Part shown: positions 42,818 through 53,416 of the stretch, one piece after another
How the letters are laid out: every line of letters begins with the position of its first letter
How positions within the stretch are numbered: position 1 is the stretch's first letter
NCBI GenBank assembly: GCA_964019335.1
Contig: OZ025666.1
Coordinates: 434,001 to 498,000, forward strand
DNA length: 64,000 nt
Source: Diplonema japonicum
Taxonomy: Eukaryota > Protista > Euglenozoa: Diplonemea
Reading direction: 5' to 3'
Translations under genes and position numbers: made by a program
Notes under the pieces: generated by a model
Databases searched by the model: none
Seen by the model: only the letters and a program-made list of their open reading frames with translations
What the model was told of the DNA's origin: nothing

Positions 42818-43693
42818 ATGACGCGTTCCGCTGTGATGCTTGCGATGCTGCCTGTTGTGGCGTCTCTGCAGATGGAGATGAGCTGCCTGATGGACGTGGG
42901 GATGGGGGCTTACGGGCTGATCGACGCTGGTCTGGGGATCAACAGCGCTGTGTCCTCGTGCGGGGATGCGGGGAAGAAGGGGCAGTGCACCGCGGACATC
43001 GGGAAGGTGGTGTCTGGTCTGGGGAGCACGAGCGCGTACATCTCGATGGCGGTGGGGGACTGCGGGGGCGAGGGGAACCAGTGCGCGGTGGACGTGTCGC
43101 AGGCGGTGTCGTCCCTCGGGAAGGCTGTGCAGGATGCGGGGAAGGCTGAGCAGTCGTGCAGGCAGAACGCGTCGAGGGCCCTGTGCGCGTCGGATGTGCT
43201 GGCGGCTGGGTCGAAGGTGGCGCTCGCGGCGAGCCAGGTGCAGGCGGCGAAGGGGAGCTGCGCGACCGTGGCGGAGAAGAAGGTGGCGGATTTGAAGAAC
43301 TTCAACATGAACTGCATCATGGACGTGGCGATGGCCGCCTTCGGGCTGGTGAACGGGGGCCTCGCCGTGAACGCGGCGGTGGCGGACTGCGGGGCGGAGG
43401 GGAGCTCCGGGGCCTGCGCTGAGGACATCGGGAAGATGGTGTCTGGGCTGGGGTCCGCGAGCGCGCAGATCAGCGCGGCTGTCGGGGACTGCGGCGGGGC
43501 GACGCAGCAGTGCTCCGTCGACGTGTCGAAGGCGGTGGCCTCCTTCGGGAAGGCGACCGAGGAGGCAGGGAAGGCGGCACAGGTCTGCGGCGACAAGACC
43601 CAGTCCGCCCTCTGCGTCTCCTACCTCCTCGCCTCCGGCTCAGGCATCTCCCTCGCCGTCAGCGACATCCAGGCGGCCTCCAAGTCGTGCTAA
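42818..43693 (+). CDS. Secreted C-x24-C repeat protein (copy 2)
   Basis: Near-identical to 17915-18790. Confidence 0.85.
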   Translation: MTRSAVMLAMLPVVASLQMEMSCLMDVGMGAYGLIDAGLGINSAVSSCGDAGKKGQCTADIGKVVSGLGSTSAYISMAVGDCGGEGNQCAVDVSQAVSSLGKAVQDAGKAEQSCRQNASRALCASDVLAAGSKVALAASQVQAAKGSCATVAEKKVADLKNFNMNCIMDVAMAAFGLVNGGLAVNAAVADCGAEGSSGACAEDIGKMVSGLGSASAQISAAVGDCGGATQQCSVDVSKAVASFGKATEEAGKAAQVCGDKTQSALCVSYLLASGSGISLAVSDIQAASKSC

Positions 43694-43871
43694 ATAAAGA
43701 ACAGCACATGCGACAAGAAGAAATTTGTGTGTGTGGCGTGACAGTGTATCCTTTTGCATCCTTCGTTCATCTCTTGTCAGCGAACGTAGCAGCTTGCTCT
43801 GCACCGTGTTGATGGTGATTTCCTACTCTTGCTCTCTCACCGTTTTTTTTGTTTCGTTTTTTTTGTTTTAA

Positions 43872-45124
43872 CCATCTACCAACGAGCGTCTTTACAGAGA
43901 CGATTTGAAAAAAAATCTTTTGCGCAAAGGGCTTTCAATGCAATACAGCCCGGACGCTTCTCGCATCCGGGGTCCTGCGCGGAAAATATGAAAAATATAA
44001 ACTAAATGCTGCCCTAACTTTGCAAAAAAATGAAAAAATAAAAAAGAACGCCAGCCCAAATTTACCCTTAAAAATCACTTCAAAAAAGGGCACCCAGAAA
44101 GAGGCCGGAAGAGGACATTATGAGTGATGGTAGCACTGATGGCTCATCCCTATTATGCAATTTTGATACGAACAGTGATTCTGATTCGAATTCGACCGAT
44201 TCCGAGTCACAGCAGGGTGATTGGACGGCAAAGCCGGAGCAGTTGGAAGGCATCCGGTTTCGTGAAGATCGGAATCCTTGTGGACCCTGTTTTGACATCA
44301 AAGGCTCAACGCCATACCATATATTCTCCCAAATGCTCGTCCCAAACGTTATTCGGGTCATAACTCCGAACAATGTGGCAAACCCTTATGACTTCGAAGT
44401 GGCCCCTGAAAGTATTTTCGTACTTGTTAGATAAGTCTCTGGCAAATGCCCGGCTTGTTTGGAAAGAAGCATTGCCCCCCAACACCCTGAGTATGAACGA
44501 CAGTGGATTCACGCCTTTCAAAGAGGCAGTCATCGAAGGGCTACTAGGGAGGCTGCCCAAACAACAGCTAAAGTCAACTACAGAGCAGGCTGCCCCAATA
44601 CCATGCCTCGAAACACAGAACGAGTGCCCTGAGGCCCCAATGCGACGCGACAGTACCTTCTGGGACCATTTCCCCGCAACGTGTGGTGCAAGCATTGCAA
44701 GTCGAAAAGACCCCTATTTCAGTGTTCAGCCTGCTTGGTACAACTTTGCGTGACTCCGGGCTTCAAATACTACCACCTTGCCGGGGATACCCCCCAGAAA
44801 CCCCTCTCGGGGTCAAAAAAGAAGTCCCCCAGCCCTGGGGCACGTACGAACCGCGTCAAGAAGGCCTTAAATAGCTTTTTATAGAATTTTACAGTCGATT
44901 TTTTTTGACTTGTTTTTTGTACCCCCTCTCGAGCACTTCGGGAACGATATTTTTGACAATGTTGTGGGGGTGGGCCCTGCTGTGGGCACCCTCTCTCTAG
45001 AATTGGGACATCTGGAGGCATTTCCGGGGGCATATAGCCCCAGCGTTGCGCTAGAATAGTTTTTTTTTTTTGAAGTTTTGAAAATTTACCCCCTGGTGGG
45101 CAAAAATGGTCCGTTGGTAGATGG
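43872..45124 (+). mobile_element. Non-autonomous piggyBac transposon (internally deleted)
   Basis: TTAA at 43868-71 and 45125-28; perfect 13-bp TIR CCATCTACCAACG; transposase acidic N-terminus, KWPLKVFSYLLD..ANA, HFP and the Cys-rich tail CKHC..CSACLVQLC..YH; no DDD core. Confidence 0.92.
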
Positions 45125-45310
45125 TTAAATAATATTATCTATTTGTTCGATGTTATAGATCTCCGTATGCCTTGGAAACTTTGTATTCTGACCCGGTCAG
45201 GATGGAAGTGCGCGTCTTTTATTTTAAAGAAATTTCATCTCTTTCTTTTTGTGCGTAGTTTTTATTTTATTTTCAATTCGCTCTTAGTTATCACACGCAG
45301 AAGTAATACC

Positions 45311-47092
45311 ATGCTGAAGAACAAGCCGCGAAAGCTGGGGAGCTATGTGGACTACATGAAGGTCATCTTTGCTGCAGGCTTCGTGTACTTCACAATACTG
45401 TCACTCAAGAGGCTTGAAGGTAAAGCGGACGAAGGAATGGCAGCAAGCAGGATTGTGGCTTTGCAGAGGAACGAAATATCCGCTCTTAAAGAGAAAGAAG
45501 CTTCTATCGAGAGCGAGGCGAAGACGAAAGAAGTGTCGACTCGTGCTGAGATCGCCAGTCTGGAGCACATGGTAGCTTCACTAGAAAAGAAGCTTGAAGA
45601 AGCAAGACAGAAGCAGACCTCTCATCAGTTCCCGCTTGAGGAGTTAAAAAGCCCGCCTAATCGACGTGCGGCGGCTGTGGCCAAGACACTGCGTTCTGTT
45701 TGGGGTGCTTACAAGAAGTACGCTATGGGCGCCGACGAGCTGGAACCCGTGCACAACAAGCCAGTGTACTGGGACAACACCAACAAGCAGATGGTCACCC
45801 TTGTGGACTCCCTTGACACCTTGTACATCAGCGGCTGCCGTCAGGAATTCAGGGAAGCTGTTGACCATTTAGTCGAGCACTTCGACTTCAACCCTCCTGG
45901 CAACGTAGCCCTGTTTGAGACAACCATCCGCGTACTCGGCGGGCTGCTCTCAGCCTACGCCCTCTCCGGCGACGTTCGTATCCTTTCCAAAGCCGTTCAA
46001 GTGGGCAACGCCATGATCCCCGCCTACAGCAAAGAGGTCCTCTCTAAGCATGGCGGTGTCCCCCAGCATGCCTGGAACCCAAAAGCTAATACCGCCAATT
46101 ATGGCTACGGTACCTTCCTCGCCGAGGCCGGCTCCGTGCAGCTTGAGTACAGGTACCTTTCGCATGCTTCTGGCAACCACACCTACGACACGGACGCAAT
46201 GAGGGTGTTCGAGGTTTTCCACAGAGACACGAAGCACGGCTTGCTGGGAAACACGTTTGACGGGAACCACTTCTCCGGAACTGTGAACACTGGGTCTTAC
46301 TCCGACTCCTACTATGAGTACCTCCTGAAGCTGCACCTCCTCACAGGGCAGAACGAAGGTGTGTACAAAGACATGTACATCGAAGCTGCAGAGGGCATCA
46401 TCAACCACTTGGTGAAGAAGGTGGGCAACACCACTCAGTCTTATATTGTAGAAGGTTCCTTTGCTGGTGAAGGTGTGTCGACGTCGGACTCGGCTTTCGA
46501 GCACCTGTCGTGCTTCGTGCCTGGGATGCTTGCGTTGGGGTCAGAGTACCTTGATGACCCTCTCACGGCACAGAGACACTTGGAAGTGGCTGAGTCCATC
46601 GGTGAGTTCTGTGCCCACTTGTACCTTGACACAGCATCAGGTCTCAGCCCTGACACGGTAAGCATGTACAATGGGAAGAAGTCGTTGGGGAGAACAAATT
46701 ATGGGCTTCGTCCTGAGACAATAGAATCCTTGTTCTACTTGTGGCGCGTAACACGGAAGGAGGTGTACAGGGAGTGGGGGTGGAAGATCTACCAGAGTAT
46801 TGAAAAGCACTGCAAGGTTTGCCCATCTTGTGAAGTGAGTGGTTACTCCGAGATCGCTGAGGTGGGCACAACGAAGCCAAGGCACACCGGGCACATGGAC
46901 ACCTTCTTCACAGGGGAGACACTGAAGTATTTGTACCTTCTGTTCGCTGACGACAGTGCTCTCGATCTTGACTGCTGGGTTTTGAACACCGAGGCGCACC
47001 CCTTCCCGAAGTTCATGCCGCTTTATAACCCCGGCGGCACGGAACCGACCCCTCTACCTGAGAAATGCTCAAACCCGTTGTCACCATACTAG
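45311..47092 (+). CDS. GH47 alpha-1,2-mannosidase (paralog 3)
   Basis: Same GH47 motifs; MLK start, TM anchor, coiled-coil stem. Confidence 0.93.
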   Translation: MLKNKPRKLGSYVDYMKVIFAAGFVYFTILSLKRLEGKADEGMAASRIVALQRNEISALKEKEASIESEAKTKEVSTRAEIASLEHMVASLEKKLEEARQKQTSHQFPLEELKSPPNRRAAAVAKTLRSVWGAYKKYAMGADELEPVHNKPVYWDNTNKQMVTLVDSLDTLYISGCRQEFREAVDHLVEHFDFNPPGNVALFETTIRVLGGLLSAYALSGDVRILSKAVQVGNAMIPAYSKEVLSKHGGVPQHAWNPKANTANYGYGTFLAEAGSVQLEYRYLSHASGNHTYDTDAMRVFEVFHRDTKHGLLGNTFDGNHFSGTVNTGSYSDSYYEYLLKLHLLTGQNEGVYKDMYIEAAEGIINHLVKKVGNTTQSYIVEGSFAGEGVSTSDSAFEHLSCFVPGMLALGSEYLDDPLTAQRHLEVAESIGEFCAHLYLDTASGLSPDTVSMYNGKKSLGRTNYGLRPETIESLFYLWRVTRKEVYREWGWKIYQSIEKHCKVCPSCEVSGYSEIAEVGTTKPRHTGHMDTFFTGETLKYLYLLFADDSALDLDCWVLNTEAHPFPKFMPLYNPGGTEPTPLPEKCSNPLSPY

Positions 47093-47398
47093 GAATGTTA
47101 TACCTAGTCCTTGCGTGTGCTCGCCTCATAGGATGTTGGCAGAGTGTGATAATTTTAGTGCGTGCTGAGCAATTCACACGGAGTGGCATTCCATTGGTAA
47201 TTCTGTCCGACATGATATTTGTCCTTTACTGAGAGTTCCCAACCTTTAATCCACATTAGCAGGCACGCTGAGGCCTCAGTGTTTGCCAATGAACTTCATA
47301 GACTCTTTGCAGTGTTCATTGCTTCCGAGAAATGAGGATAAGTTTTCTCATTCAGATTCCAGTCACTTCAGGATAGCCGTTAACAGTCAATCAAAACA

Positions 47399-48274
47399 AT
47401 GACGCGTTCCGCTGTGATGCTTGCGATGCTGCCTGTTGTGGCGTCTCTGCAGATGGAGATGAGCTGCCTGATGGACGTGGGGATGGGGGCTTACGGGCTG
47501 ATCGACGCTGGTCTGGGGATCAACAGCGCTGTGTCCTCGTGCGGGGATGCGGGGAAGAAGGGGCAGTGCACCGCGGACATCGGGAAGGTGGTGTCTGGTC
47601 TGGGGAGCACGAGCGCGTACATCTCGATGGCGGTGGGGGACTGCGGGGGCGAGGGGAACCAGTGCGCGGTGGACGTGTCGCAGGCGGTGTCGTCCCTCGG
47701 GAAGGCTGTGCAGGATGCGGGGAAGGCTGAGCAGTCGTGCAGGCAGAACGCGTCGAGGGCCCTGTGCGCGTCGGATGTGCTGGCGGCTGGGTCGAAGGTG
47801 GCGCTCGCGGCGAGCCAGGTGCAGGCGGCGAAGGGGAGCTGCGCGACCGTGGCGGAGAAGAAGGTGGCGGATTTGAAGAACTTCAACATGAACTGCATCA
47901 TGGACGTGGCGATGGCCGCCTTCGGGCTGGTGAACGGGGGCCTCGCCGTGAACGCGGCGGTGGCGGACTGCGGGGCGGAGGGGAGCTCCGGGGCCTGCGC
48001 TGAGGACATCGGGAAGATGGTGTCTGGGCTGGGGTCCGCGAGCGCGCAGATCAGCGCGGCTGTCGGGGACTGCGGCGGGGCGACGCAGCAGTGCTCCGTC
48101 GACGTGTCGAAGGCGGTGGCCTCCTTCGGGAAGGCGACCGAGGAGGCAGGGAAGGCGGCACAGGTCTGCGGCGACAAGACCCAGTCCGCCCTCTGCGTCT
48201 CCTACCTCCTCGCCTCCGGCTCAGGCATCTCCCTCGCCGTCAGCGACATCCAGGCGGCCTCCAAGTCTTGCTAG
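47399..48274 (+). CDS. Secreted C-x24-C repeat protein (copy 3)
   Basis: Protein is identical to copy 2. Confidence 0.85.
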   Translation: MTRSAVMLAMLPVVASLQMEMSCLMDVGMGAYGLIDAGLGINSAVSSCGDAGKKGQCTADIGKVVSGLGSTSAYISMAVGDCGGEGNQCAVDVSQAVSSLGKAVQDAGKAEQSCRQNASRALCASDVLAAGSKVALAASQVQAAKGSCATVAEKKVADLKNFNMNCIMDVAMAAFGLVNGGLAVNAAVADCGAEGSSGACAEDIGKMVSGLGSASAQISAAVGDCGGATQQCSVDVSKAVASFGKATEEAGKAAQVCGDKTQSALCVSYLLASGSGISLAVSDIQAASKSC

Positions 48275-48934
48275 GCTGAGAGATCGACCTTTACGTTGGT
48301 GATGGAGGTGTGTGGGGGGGCACCGCCCAGCCAGTGCGTGCCTTTACGGCTTGCTTGACATGCCTTGGTCACCAGCGAGAAGGAGAAGAAAAGTACTCCC
48401 TCCCCTCCCATTTGGTTTCACCCCCTTGGGGTGTGAAAGTGCGCGTTTAATATATTCACCCCTCGAACTTCATCGTCATCGCGGTTAAGGGCTTTGGAGA
48501 GAAAAGTGCCACCTTGCGCCTGGCAAGTTGTGTGGCTCTCATGAATAGTCTTGAATCTCCATATTTCCCCCTCCCTTTTCTTTTGCTGCTTTTTCTTGCG
48601 TACGCAAAAATGTGAAACAAAGGGGAAAGTAAGGACATACAGAAAGAAAGGCACATTGAGTCTTTAGCCACCCCGCACATTTCTCCTCAACACCCAAGCG
48701 ATTCTTCCCGTCCCCCTCTTTTTTTTTTGTCGCCTGCGGCTCTCGCGTGGAGTTTGCATGTGACATCGCATTTTTTGTCTACTCCCCCCTTACTCTAAAT
48801 TACAAAAGAAAATTAAATATATACAACAGCCTCCCCCATCCCCCTAACCGATGCTAAAAAATATTACACTTACACAACAACAATAGGGGTGTAAAGAAGA
48901 GAAAAAAAAGAAAAAGGGGGGGTAATTAAATACA

Positions 48935-49802
48935 ATGAGTGATGAAGTGCAAAGAACGGTACACGTTGTAGGGATTGATGGAATGGTAGCGGAAAGGGAG
49001 TTCGGGTTGTTCTTAGAGGGGTGTGGGGAGGTGGTGAAGGCGAAGATCTGTGGGGACCCGAGGGGGAGGACCCTGTACGGGTTCGTGGAGTTCAGCACCC
49101 GAGACGGGGCCCAGAGCCTCGTATCGAAAAGCGGCACGAAGGTAGGACAGGCACAGATTACAACATCTTTCGCAAGGTCAGCTATCCGATCTGCCGCGGA
49201 GAAGCAAGAAGGGAGACCTGTGTTCAATGTGCAAGGCCTCAACTCCTTGATAGAGTCCTACGCCTACAACCCTGTATGTGTGATATAACAGAATGTGCCA
49301 ACTTAAAACACCACAGTCCCTCGATCAGGAGTGGATAAGCACCGGTGTGCGTAGAACACCCCACAACGACCATAGTTTAAAAGGGAACCAAACGTATTAC
49401 CCAGGGACGGACAGTCTTGTCACGAGTGGGGGTGGGATGCATTGGGAGTCGGCTCAGGGCACATGGCAGGCTTATAACCAGGCTCAGCAGCTAGCCCAAG
49501 CCATACAGGCCAGTAGTGTTACACAGTACACACCTGAACAAAGGATGTTGCACTACCAGATGCAAGTGACACGAGCGTACCAGCAGATGGGTTACACCAT
49601 CGACGATGAGAGAGACAATCCCACCGACAACAACGGCGATGAGCGGGACAGAGACAGGGACAGAGACAGGGATAGGGATAGGAGAGATCGCAGGGAAAAA
49701 CGGAGGCGAGAAAGGTCAGTAGGGTCGAACGACTCCCGCGATAGAAGGCGGCGCAGGAGGGAGAGGAGGCGGCGGAGATCGTTCAGCAGTGATCATTCCT
49801 AG
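48935..49802 (+). CDS. RRM protein with RD/RS-rich tail; intron 49274-49316
   Basis: RTVHVVGID..CGEV..KICGD..YGFVEF; the 43-nt intron joins ORFs 48935 and 49293; (RD)n and poly-R tail. Confidence 0.85.
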
Positions 49803-50120
49803 ATGCTTTCCTCCCCTTTTTTTTTAACAGTAATGTTGTCTGTGTGTATGACCTATTCGTTGGCAAGCGCAGGGTTAGTTCATTTTATATGAACACATTC
49901 CGTGCCGTAGCTTTAAAAATCGCTGGTGCGCCACAAGAATTAGAACTAACGTCAGAATGGGTTTTTTTTTTGTGGGGGGCGAAAACGAGAAGAAAAAAGT
50001 GTGCACTTTCCCCCCCCCCCCCTTCCCCTTTCCTCTCTTACCCTCCCTCCTTTTTCTTTGTTGTAATTACTTTATTGGTTCGGAGTAAATATGGAAAAGA
50101 AGGGGAAGAAAAAGAAGAAT

Positions 50121-50702
50121 ATGATAAGGGAAGACCTCCCCAAGTACACCCTTGAAGAGGTAGCAGCGGCATGCGGTGATGACAAGCTTGTGATGGTGAT
50201 CCGGGATTTGGTGTATGACTTGACATTGTTTAAGAAGCACCCAGGAGGGATCCCGGTCCTCAGGAAGATGCGGGGGAAGGACGCCACCAAGGCCTTTAAT
50301 GCACACCACAGATGGATAAACCTAGATGAAGCAGAGCAGTACGTCATAGGAAGGTTAAAGGTGGAGAAAGTCGTTCTGAAGGGAGGCAGCGCTGATGAGG
50401 CGAACAGGATACGGGAGTCTCTAAAGGCAGCTGGGCAGACTGAAATAGCAGAGGCCTTAAGCGACCAGCAGCTCAAGTCAGCATCCTCCCCAGCCAGCCC
50501 TTCACAGCCAGATACTAAAGAAGCTCTTGCAGAGGTCTTCTCATCTGTTGCCGACCCCGCCACCTCCACTGTCACCCCCCACGCTATGAAATCCTTCCTA
50601 CTCCAGATGGGTGCACCCGCCCCAACTATTTCTGACTTAGCTCCGAAGTCTCCTTTGAATCTCGATCAGTTCTGTGAGTTTATCAACAAATTAGATATCT
50701 GA
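50121..50702 (+). CDS. Cytochrome b5-domain protein with EF-hand-like C-terminus
   Basis: YTLEEV..VYDLTLF..HPGG..GKDATKAF..HH. Alternative start at 50091. Confidence 0.85.
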   Translation: MIREDLPKYTLEEVAAACGDDKLVMVIRDLVYDLTLFKKHPGGIPVLRKMRGKDATKAFNAHHRWINLDEAEQYVIGRLKVEKVVLKGGSADEANRIRESLKAAGQTEIAEALSDQQLKSASSPASPSQPDTKEALAEVFSSVADPATSTVTPHAMKSFLLQMGAPAPTISDLAPKSPLNLDQFCEFINKLDI

Positions 50703-50985
50703 CAAAAGAAGAAGAAAAAAAAAGAAAAAAACTAACCACTAACCAAACAAACAAAAAGAAGATGAAAAAAAAAAGAAAAAAAAAACAAAAGAAGACGCAA
50801 AACATACTGTCAAAAAGAAAAGGAAGAAAAAAACATTAAAAAAAAACATATAGAGAAAGAAATAGAGTTTGTGTCCATGTCCCCCCCCTCTCCCTCTTCT
50901 CACTCCACTCTTTTTTATTTTGGTACAATCAACAAGCATAAAATGAAATATTCATAGGGGGAAAAGAAGAAAAAAAGCAAAAGAA

Positions 50986-51660
50986 ATGTCGGCAAGGGTA
51001 GCGGTAGATGATGTCAAGGCGCACCGCGTGGTGGTGGCGGACTTGGACGGGACGCTGACGAATGCCGAGATGCATGTGATGATGTGGTGCTTTATTTGCC
51101 AACTAGGTTTGTTTCAGAGGGTTCTCAGGACTGCCATGTTCGGGGTCTTTGTTCCGTTATGTGCAGCGGCGCTTCTTGTTCGGGGTGAGGCCGCCTCCAT
51201 CCACGTCTTGGCAATGGTTCTATGGGGCCTGGAAGATCACCATGCAGAGCTCGGGAAAAAAGGCTCCTTGAAGTTCATCAGAGGCGCCATGCGGCATGAT
51301 GTCCTTGCAAAGATCAAGGCACATCAGAAAGCAGGGTGTAATGTGATAGTGTGCTCTGGTAACTTCAACCTATTTGTAGAAGAATTCTGCGAGCAAGAGG
51401 GGTTTGAGTTGCTTTGTACCACTCTGAATTACAGCAGTGGTTCGTTCTCAGGTACTTGTGGTGAGCCTTGTGTAGCGATCCAGAAGAAAACCCGCATCAC
51501 CGCGCACCTCTCTTCCAAACCTCATTCGTTCATACATGGATACGGCAACTCTAAGAACGACATCCCTATGCTGTCAATGTGCCCCACGGGCACTGTAGTT
51601 GACCCTTGTGCAGAACTGCGCTCGCATGCTGTGAGCTGCAATTGGGAAATCGTGAGTTAA
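50986..51660 (+). CDS. HAD-superfamily IB (PSP-like) hydrolase with hydrophobic cap
   Basis: Motif I DLDGTL, motif II VCSG, conserved K, motif IV YGNSKNDIPML. Confidence 0.85.
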   Translation: MSARVAVDDVKAHRVVVADLDGTLTNAEMHVMMWCFICQLGLFQRVLRTAMFGVFVPLCAAALLVRGEAASIHVLAMVLWGLEDHHAELGKKGSLKFIRGAMRHDVLAKIKAHQKAGCNVIVCSGNFNLFVEEFCEQEGFELLCTTLNYSSGSFSGTCGEPCVAIQKKTRITAHLSSKPHSFIHGYGNSKNDIPMLSMCPTGTVVDPCAELRSHAVSCNWEIVS

Positions 51661-51754
51661 GAAAAAAAACAAAAAGAGAACTTTTTCTCGAACTTTTTTT
51701 TTTTCAGGGAACACTGGGTTTCGGGTTTTTAACATCAAAAGTCGCGAAGACAAA

Positions 51755-52714
51755 ATGCCACCAAAAGGCCGAGGTGGAGCCTCCACGAGGGCGGTTCCTG
51801 GGCAGGCTCCTTCAAAAGGGGGGTCTGGCGAATCCACCAGGCAAGGAGAAGCGGGGGGCGACCTAGTCGGCAGGCTGGGGATGGGCTGGAAGGTCCAAGA
51901 CGTGGGGAGGAGGCCGGGAGACTGCTTGTATGAGGCAGCCTCATACGCGGTGCACGGAGCGCGAGACGGGGCCGCTGCCCTAAGGGAGGCAGTGGCGGCA
52001 GACCTGGCGACGAAGGACTTTTCGTCCTTCATGATTGGAGAGGACCCGGAAGGGGCGTGGAAGGAGTACCAGAGGCTGGTGGCTCTTTCGGGGACATGGG
52101 GAGATCGGATGGCGGTGAATGCCCTGGCGCGAGCCATGGGCCGCGTGATCTGTGTGTACGCGGTCCGGGACGACCGCCTGGTGTGCACCACCTCCAGGCC
52201 GGTGGGTGGGATGGTGACCACACAGGAGCTGTGGCTAGGGTATGTGAGAGACCACTACGTGCGTCTCAGCAGGGAGGAAGGAGCGAGGAAGCCGGACGCA
52301 GATGAGTATGAGCCGAGGCCGAGATACCCCATTCCTCTACGCAGCGTGGCCAAGGGTGTTTCGAAGCCCGAGAAGAAAGAAGTACGCAAGCCCGTCGAGG
52401 GATGTCTCGATGGAGATGAGTGGCAGGTCCACGTGCAGGAGTGGCAGGGCCCGGAGACGGTGCAAGAGCGCGCGGTGTACCTGGTGCCGCAGGGTGATGA
52501 GCGACAGGCGGCAGAGTGGCTGAAGGGGAAGGCAGCGGCTTCGACATCTTGGGGGCCCGACGGCACACGGCTACGACAGGAGACCACTCTTCTCCTCGAG
52601 CCAAACCCCCCCCTACCTAGCACGACTCCAAGCAATGTTTCTCGCCCAGATGCCGTCCATCTCATCGCGACAAACAGCCACCGCAGGCACCAGACAGCAA
52701 CCGCAGAACGGTGA
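51755..52714 (+). CDS. OTU-like cysteine protease domain protein
   Basis: GDCLY, LREAVA, GTWGD, LWLGYVRDHY. Confidence 0.7.
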   Translation: MPPKGRGGASTRAVPGQAPSKGGSGESTRQGEAGGDLVGRLGMGWKVQDVGRRPGDCLYEAASYAVHGARDGAAALREAVAADLATKDFSSFMIGEDPEGAWKEYQRLVALSGTWGDRMAVNALARAMGRVICVYAVRDDRLVCTTSRPVGGMVTTQELWLGYVRDHYVRLSREEGARKPDADEYEPRPRYPIPLRSVAKGVSKPEKKEVRKPVEGCLDGDEWQVHVQEWQGPETVQERAVYLVPQGDERQAAEWLKGKAAASTSWGPDGTRLRQETTLLLEPNPPLPSTTPSNVSRPDAVHLIATNSHRRHQTATAER

Positions 52715-52808
52715 CCGATTAGTGTGAATTTCTACTTGAACAGTGAGCACCCCCATGCACACTGAAATTTTATCGAGTTTTTTTTTTTTTTTTGTTGTCC
52801 GCGTGTGT

Positions 52809-53174
52809 CCATTTCAAGAGTGTCATTTTTTTTTTTTTTTTCGTTGTACAACTCCACTACTTTTTCTTGTAACTCCAACTTCCAATTTCCCCGTTTTCAG
52901 GCTGTCGAGCATTCGGAGCATGACTTGCTCCGAATGGAGACGTTGACCTTTGACAACAACAGCGATGCCCTTCCATTCCCATACACTATCTCTTCTGGGA
53001 ACGAGCTTCGTTTAATTTGACGTGAATAAAGTCCTGAAAACGGTGGAGATTTCAAAACTTGAGTTACAAACTTAAGTTTTCAAGGTTACTGAAAAGATTC
53101 ACAAAAACTCAATTGAAGATTTGGGGAAAAAAGTGGAAAGTAAAACTTTACATGTGTGCAGTGCTTGAACATGG
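52809..53174. repeat. Foldback/MITE-like imperfect inverted repeat with an internal perfect hairpin
   Basis: Arms 52867-52901 and 53033-53069 are imperfect reverse complements (TTGTAACTC..CCGTTTTCAGG); weaker outer match CCAT(G)TTCAAG; 11-bp hairpin at 52910-52936. Confidence 0.55.
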
Positions 53175-53416
53175 TTTCCATTCCGTTTGATTGAATCCAC
53201 CCCCTAACTTATTTTTTTTTTTTTTTTTCCCCTTTCTTCGTGCTTTTACGTTCATGAGACAATTATCGTTTTTTTTTTTTTTTTTGAGTTTTTTTCACTT
53301 TGAGTTTTTTTTTTTTTTTTTTTTTAAAGAAGAATCCCACCTTTTCACCAAATCACCCCAGCATGGTGGAAGCGAGATAGCAAAGAAGAAAAGATGCTCG
53401 ATCCCCGGGCAACACG

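Noticed and set aside
52901-53020. Orphan exon AVEHSEHDLLRMETL after TTTTCAG
   Set aside because: The acceptor lies in an inverted-repeat arm and no in-frame short intron links it to the OTU gene.
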